Source: Asterias rubens
Taxonomy: Eukaryota
Direction of reading: 5' to 3'
Length of the DNA stretch: 64,000 nt
NCBI RefSeq assembly: GCF_902459465.1
Contig: NC_047073.1
Coordinates: 5,890,001-5,954,000, forward strand
The notes beneath the pieces are model-generated. The model was not told the DNA's origin and made no database searches. It worked only from the letters and a program-made list of their open reading frames with translations. Within the stretch, counting starts at the first letter, position 1, and every line of letters begins with the position of its first letter. The position numbers were made by a program, and so were the translations under genes. Below are positions 60,701 to 64,000 of this stretch, in pieces.

Positions 60701-63700
60701 CAAATCCGCCATGGGACAACTCCCGGTAGTGGCTGAACCACTGACCTGCTGCGTTTTAAGTGCAGTTGTGTTAAACCACTCAGCGATTGAGCCTGCCCAG
60801 TGGCTATATCATCAGCTTGATACCAAACGGAAACAGGTAGAACTCCAATTTGCATTTAGTCTACCAAGACTTGATAATCACACAATCACTTGTCGTGCTG
60901 CGGAATCGTTAGTAACATTAAAAATATATTGATCTGAGCTGGTTGCTATTTAAAACAAAAATTAAGAGCTTTCAACGTTTGCATCTTGCAATCAGGAAGA
61001 TTTCAGACAACAATCAGGGAGATACTTAGAAATACATTCAACATAACAATTAAATAGGGAAACAGTTTCCAAAATCAGGGGGATTTTCAAACTTTGTTCA
61101 TCAGAACACGGAAAGATTGGTTTATTTTCAGGGAACTTTCTGCAGAATCATGGAGAGTTGGCGACTCTGCAAGTGCACGAAAATCATTTATCAACTCTTC
61201 TTCTGGTACTTCATGCCAATTCGGAACAATGCTAATTACAAATGCTGAAGTTTTACACAGATCTTCATTGCTATGGTTTTGGCTTCAGTGCCCCTTTGAA
61301 TTGCTACCCTAAACGTTCCTATTTTATTAATTTTCCTTAAGGAATTGTAGACCGATAAACAAATTGCAGCCCATCAAAGTTTTCCTGACCTGACAGCTCA
61401 AACTTGGGTTTCTAAAGATGGAAAAGGGCATTTTAACACCTTTTTTTTGGCCAGTGGGGCTCAGCCGTCCAAGATTTTCTCTTTTTGTTTGACACACAGA
61501 AAAATACACCTGTTCCAAAGATGTTTTTCAACCCGGGTGCTAATCAAAAGTCAAAGAGGTAAGTTTCTGAAAAAAAGGCTTAAATCTTGTGATGATGTTT
61601 CTGGGCTGAAAGCCAATTCCCAAATCAATACAAATGCACAAAATGATTGTAAATTATAATGTTGAATTTTAGTCTCTTTTGTTTCCGCTCTTATTTTGAA
61701 AAGCTACAAACATGCATTTAATTTTACAAAAATAATATTGCAGTGTTTTTTTTGCATGCCAAAAGAATATTCTGAGCACAAAATATAATCAGGAACAAAA
61801 AAGTTTTTTTTTTATAGCTAGTTACACACACTGTATACACCTGAATGGACACACCTGTGTATTACAATTGTAGATGTTCACATGGAATTATTTAACCTCA
61901 AACCTCCTCAATAAAAATTATCATAATTGGCAATTATAAAGAACTTCTTGCTAAGAGCTGAAAACGCTTTTGTTTGGTTAAATCGATGGCCTTGTAGCAA
62001 ATCATTATTGCTCTTTTATACTCCAAACTCCCTCAGGAATAAGCCATAGTTTTGGTGTCAATTGGTGAACCACAAAATTAGCCATCATCAAAAATACAAT
62101 TCTCATTAGATAGAAAAATATTTTTGGGGAAACTGACGTGAATACTTGCCTGTTTAAGAAATAGCCAACAGCTATATAGCAGGTACAGGAACCAGAAAAA
62201 CGCGAGGCCTTCTAAACAGTTGTTTTTTATTCCCTTTTCCAGTAATAAATTTGATTCTGTTTTTGTAATTAAAACCCTCACCTTCCCAAATCCCCAAACA
62301 ATCCTTCTCAGGAAGTTGTGCGACACTTTTTTAGGATACAGTACTACCGGCCCAAAATAACAGAGAGCAGGCACATCGATCTCATATTCAAGTCCAACCG
62401 TTAGGGTATTGAGTAATTTTAGAGTGGTTAATTTGAGGAGTGAGGAGTAGTTACAACATCTCTAGCCCCTCCCCCCCCCCCCCACCCAAAAAAAGAAAAA
62501 AAAAAAAAAATGGGGTTCACGGTTTTATTTTATTTTGTACCCAACCCAAATCCTACACAATCCATCCCCTTTTAACTACTGAATCAACTTTGACCAGCGA
62601 AGGATATCTTGTCTACGGCAAGCCTGGATCTTCAAAGGTGCAAGTCCATGTTTATACTGCACAGGGCAATTCCAGATGAAAACAAAAATCATCCCTTTGG
62701 GAATAATTTGGAATGGGCCATTAATAATTTAGTCACTTAGGCCAAGACCAAGGCCACAAACAGAAGACATGGCCTCTGTACCATGGTTCGATGGATTCAC
62801 TCTATTAGAATCTATTGGTTAATTGAGACGGTGCAGGTCTCCATTAAGCTGATGGATTATGACTGATGCTATGGTTCCGAGCTGCCAAAACACCAAGCAG
62901 GTTCGAAGTTTAATAAATAAAAGTCCAATTAATACACGCTTTCAACAGTTACAAGAAATCGCCAATTAGTTGTGTTTGCCTATTATTACATCACAGGGTA
63001 TATACAAAAAGTAAGAACGAACCATATCCTGTCACCAATCGGATATTGACAAGGTACACCTAATTAAAAGCATATTAACTTTTCTGTTTCTTCCCCAATT
63101 AACAAAACAAAGCAATGGATTTGTCAGACAAACAGAGAGCGAGGTTGCCGCTTTAATTGGAAAACGCTGCAGGAGATCCATGACTCCTTTGAAGACGGCT
63201 CGCAGTGGCCATGTGACACCGAAGCGGACGTGGAAAGCGCGGACTCTTATTGATTGATGACTGGCGGGCAATTCTTAGCAGTGTGTTAGATTACGGAGGC
63301 CGATCTATTACCTAGACTACAGAGAGAAGAGCGGGAAGAGAGGAGACGGGGAGAGCCAGAGAGCAAGGCGGTATTGTGTGAACCGGGTACACACAGGGGG
63401 GTTGATACTCGATAGGAGTTTGTGAATAGGGCGTAGTTTGTGAACATCGTGTCCAGTGTAACCATTTTGTAGTGTGGTCGGGTGGCTCCAATTTCATAAT
63501 AAACTCCTGAAGTGTCCTTTACTCTACATGCTGCTGTTTGCTGTGGCGGCAGTTGAACACAGAATGAATGGGATTACTACTATTAAAAAATGCGTCAACT
63601 CATGGTAAAAGGAAGTAAAAATGTGTTTAAAAAAACAATTGTGAACTTGTTTGGTTTCCTCCTTTTGTTGTTTGTAATGTATTTGGATACATAGATCAAG

Positions 63701-64000
63701 GTGCATTATGTTAAAACTATCGCCAAATGTTTCATTCATTCACTATGTCTAAAAGAAACAAGGGTTTCAGAGGTTTCTTTCTCCAGCAATGTGAGCAACC
63801 CTAAGCAGTGATGAAGAGTCTGGGTGCCAGGCAGTGTTTTCACACATTGTTTGATGGTGCGTCAACTTTCTACCCAGGATGGCTGAGGTGCTCAAACTTT
63901 GCCAGTGACAAACATTTTTACAGTTCATGTGTTGAATATGTATGTATTTCCACATCCATAGTAAACCATGCAGGACTTCCAACTCTAGAATGGTGCAAAC

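Noticed and set aside
1-64000. Prokaryotic-type systems (CRISPR, operons, rRNA) or an autonomous transposase/RT gene
   Set aside because: No such repeats, RNA genes or long ORFs seen; the window is an intron-rich eukaryotic gene

Overview
AT-rich eukaryotic (metazoan) genomic DNA, probably an invertebrate deuterostome such as an asteroid echinoderm (inferred from the repeat families and protein divergence, not proven). Almost the whole window is one minus-strand gene: a polypyrimidine tract-binding protein homolog (PTBP1/2/3 pro-ortholog, Drosophila heph). I reconstructed 16 coding exons by hand with GT-AG boundaries and consistent phases: 55927-55781, 45118-45020, 30759-30619, 29924-29778, 19300-19075, 18505-18447, 17385-17220, 14871-14770, 12451-12246, 10685-10652, 7422-7330, 6619-6522, 6191-6073, 5454-5380, 4807-4744, 3816-3745. 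They total 1848 nt (615 aa) and encode four RRMs. The 34-nt frameshifting exon behind vertebrate PTBP1 exon 11 / PTBP2 exon 10 NMD autoregulation is conserved. The most striking unexplained structure is in the RRM1-RRM2 intron: two stacked, very long AG-dinucleotide exclusion zones on the pre-mRNA strand (939 nt and 601 nt). Each is CU-rich, starts at a branch-point-like motif plus pyrimidine tract, and ends at a candidate cassette or poison exon; one of these exons duplicates the post-RRM1 helix. There are also candidate alternative first exons that change the NLS/PKA site, and a tandem array of decayed minimal hammerhead ribozymes of Penelope-like/retrozyme type. The introns hold many MITEs, SINEs and minisatellites. 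Most ORFs in the supplied track are spurious.
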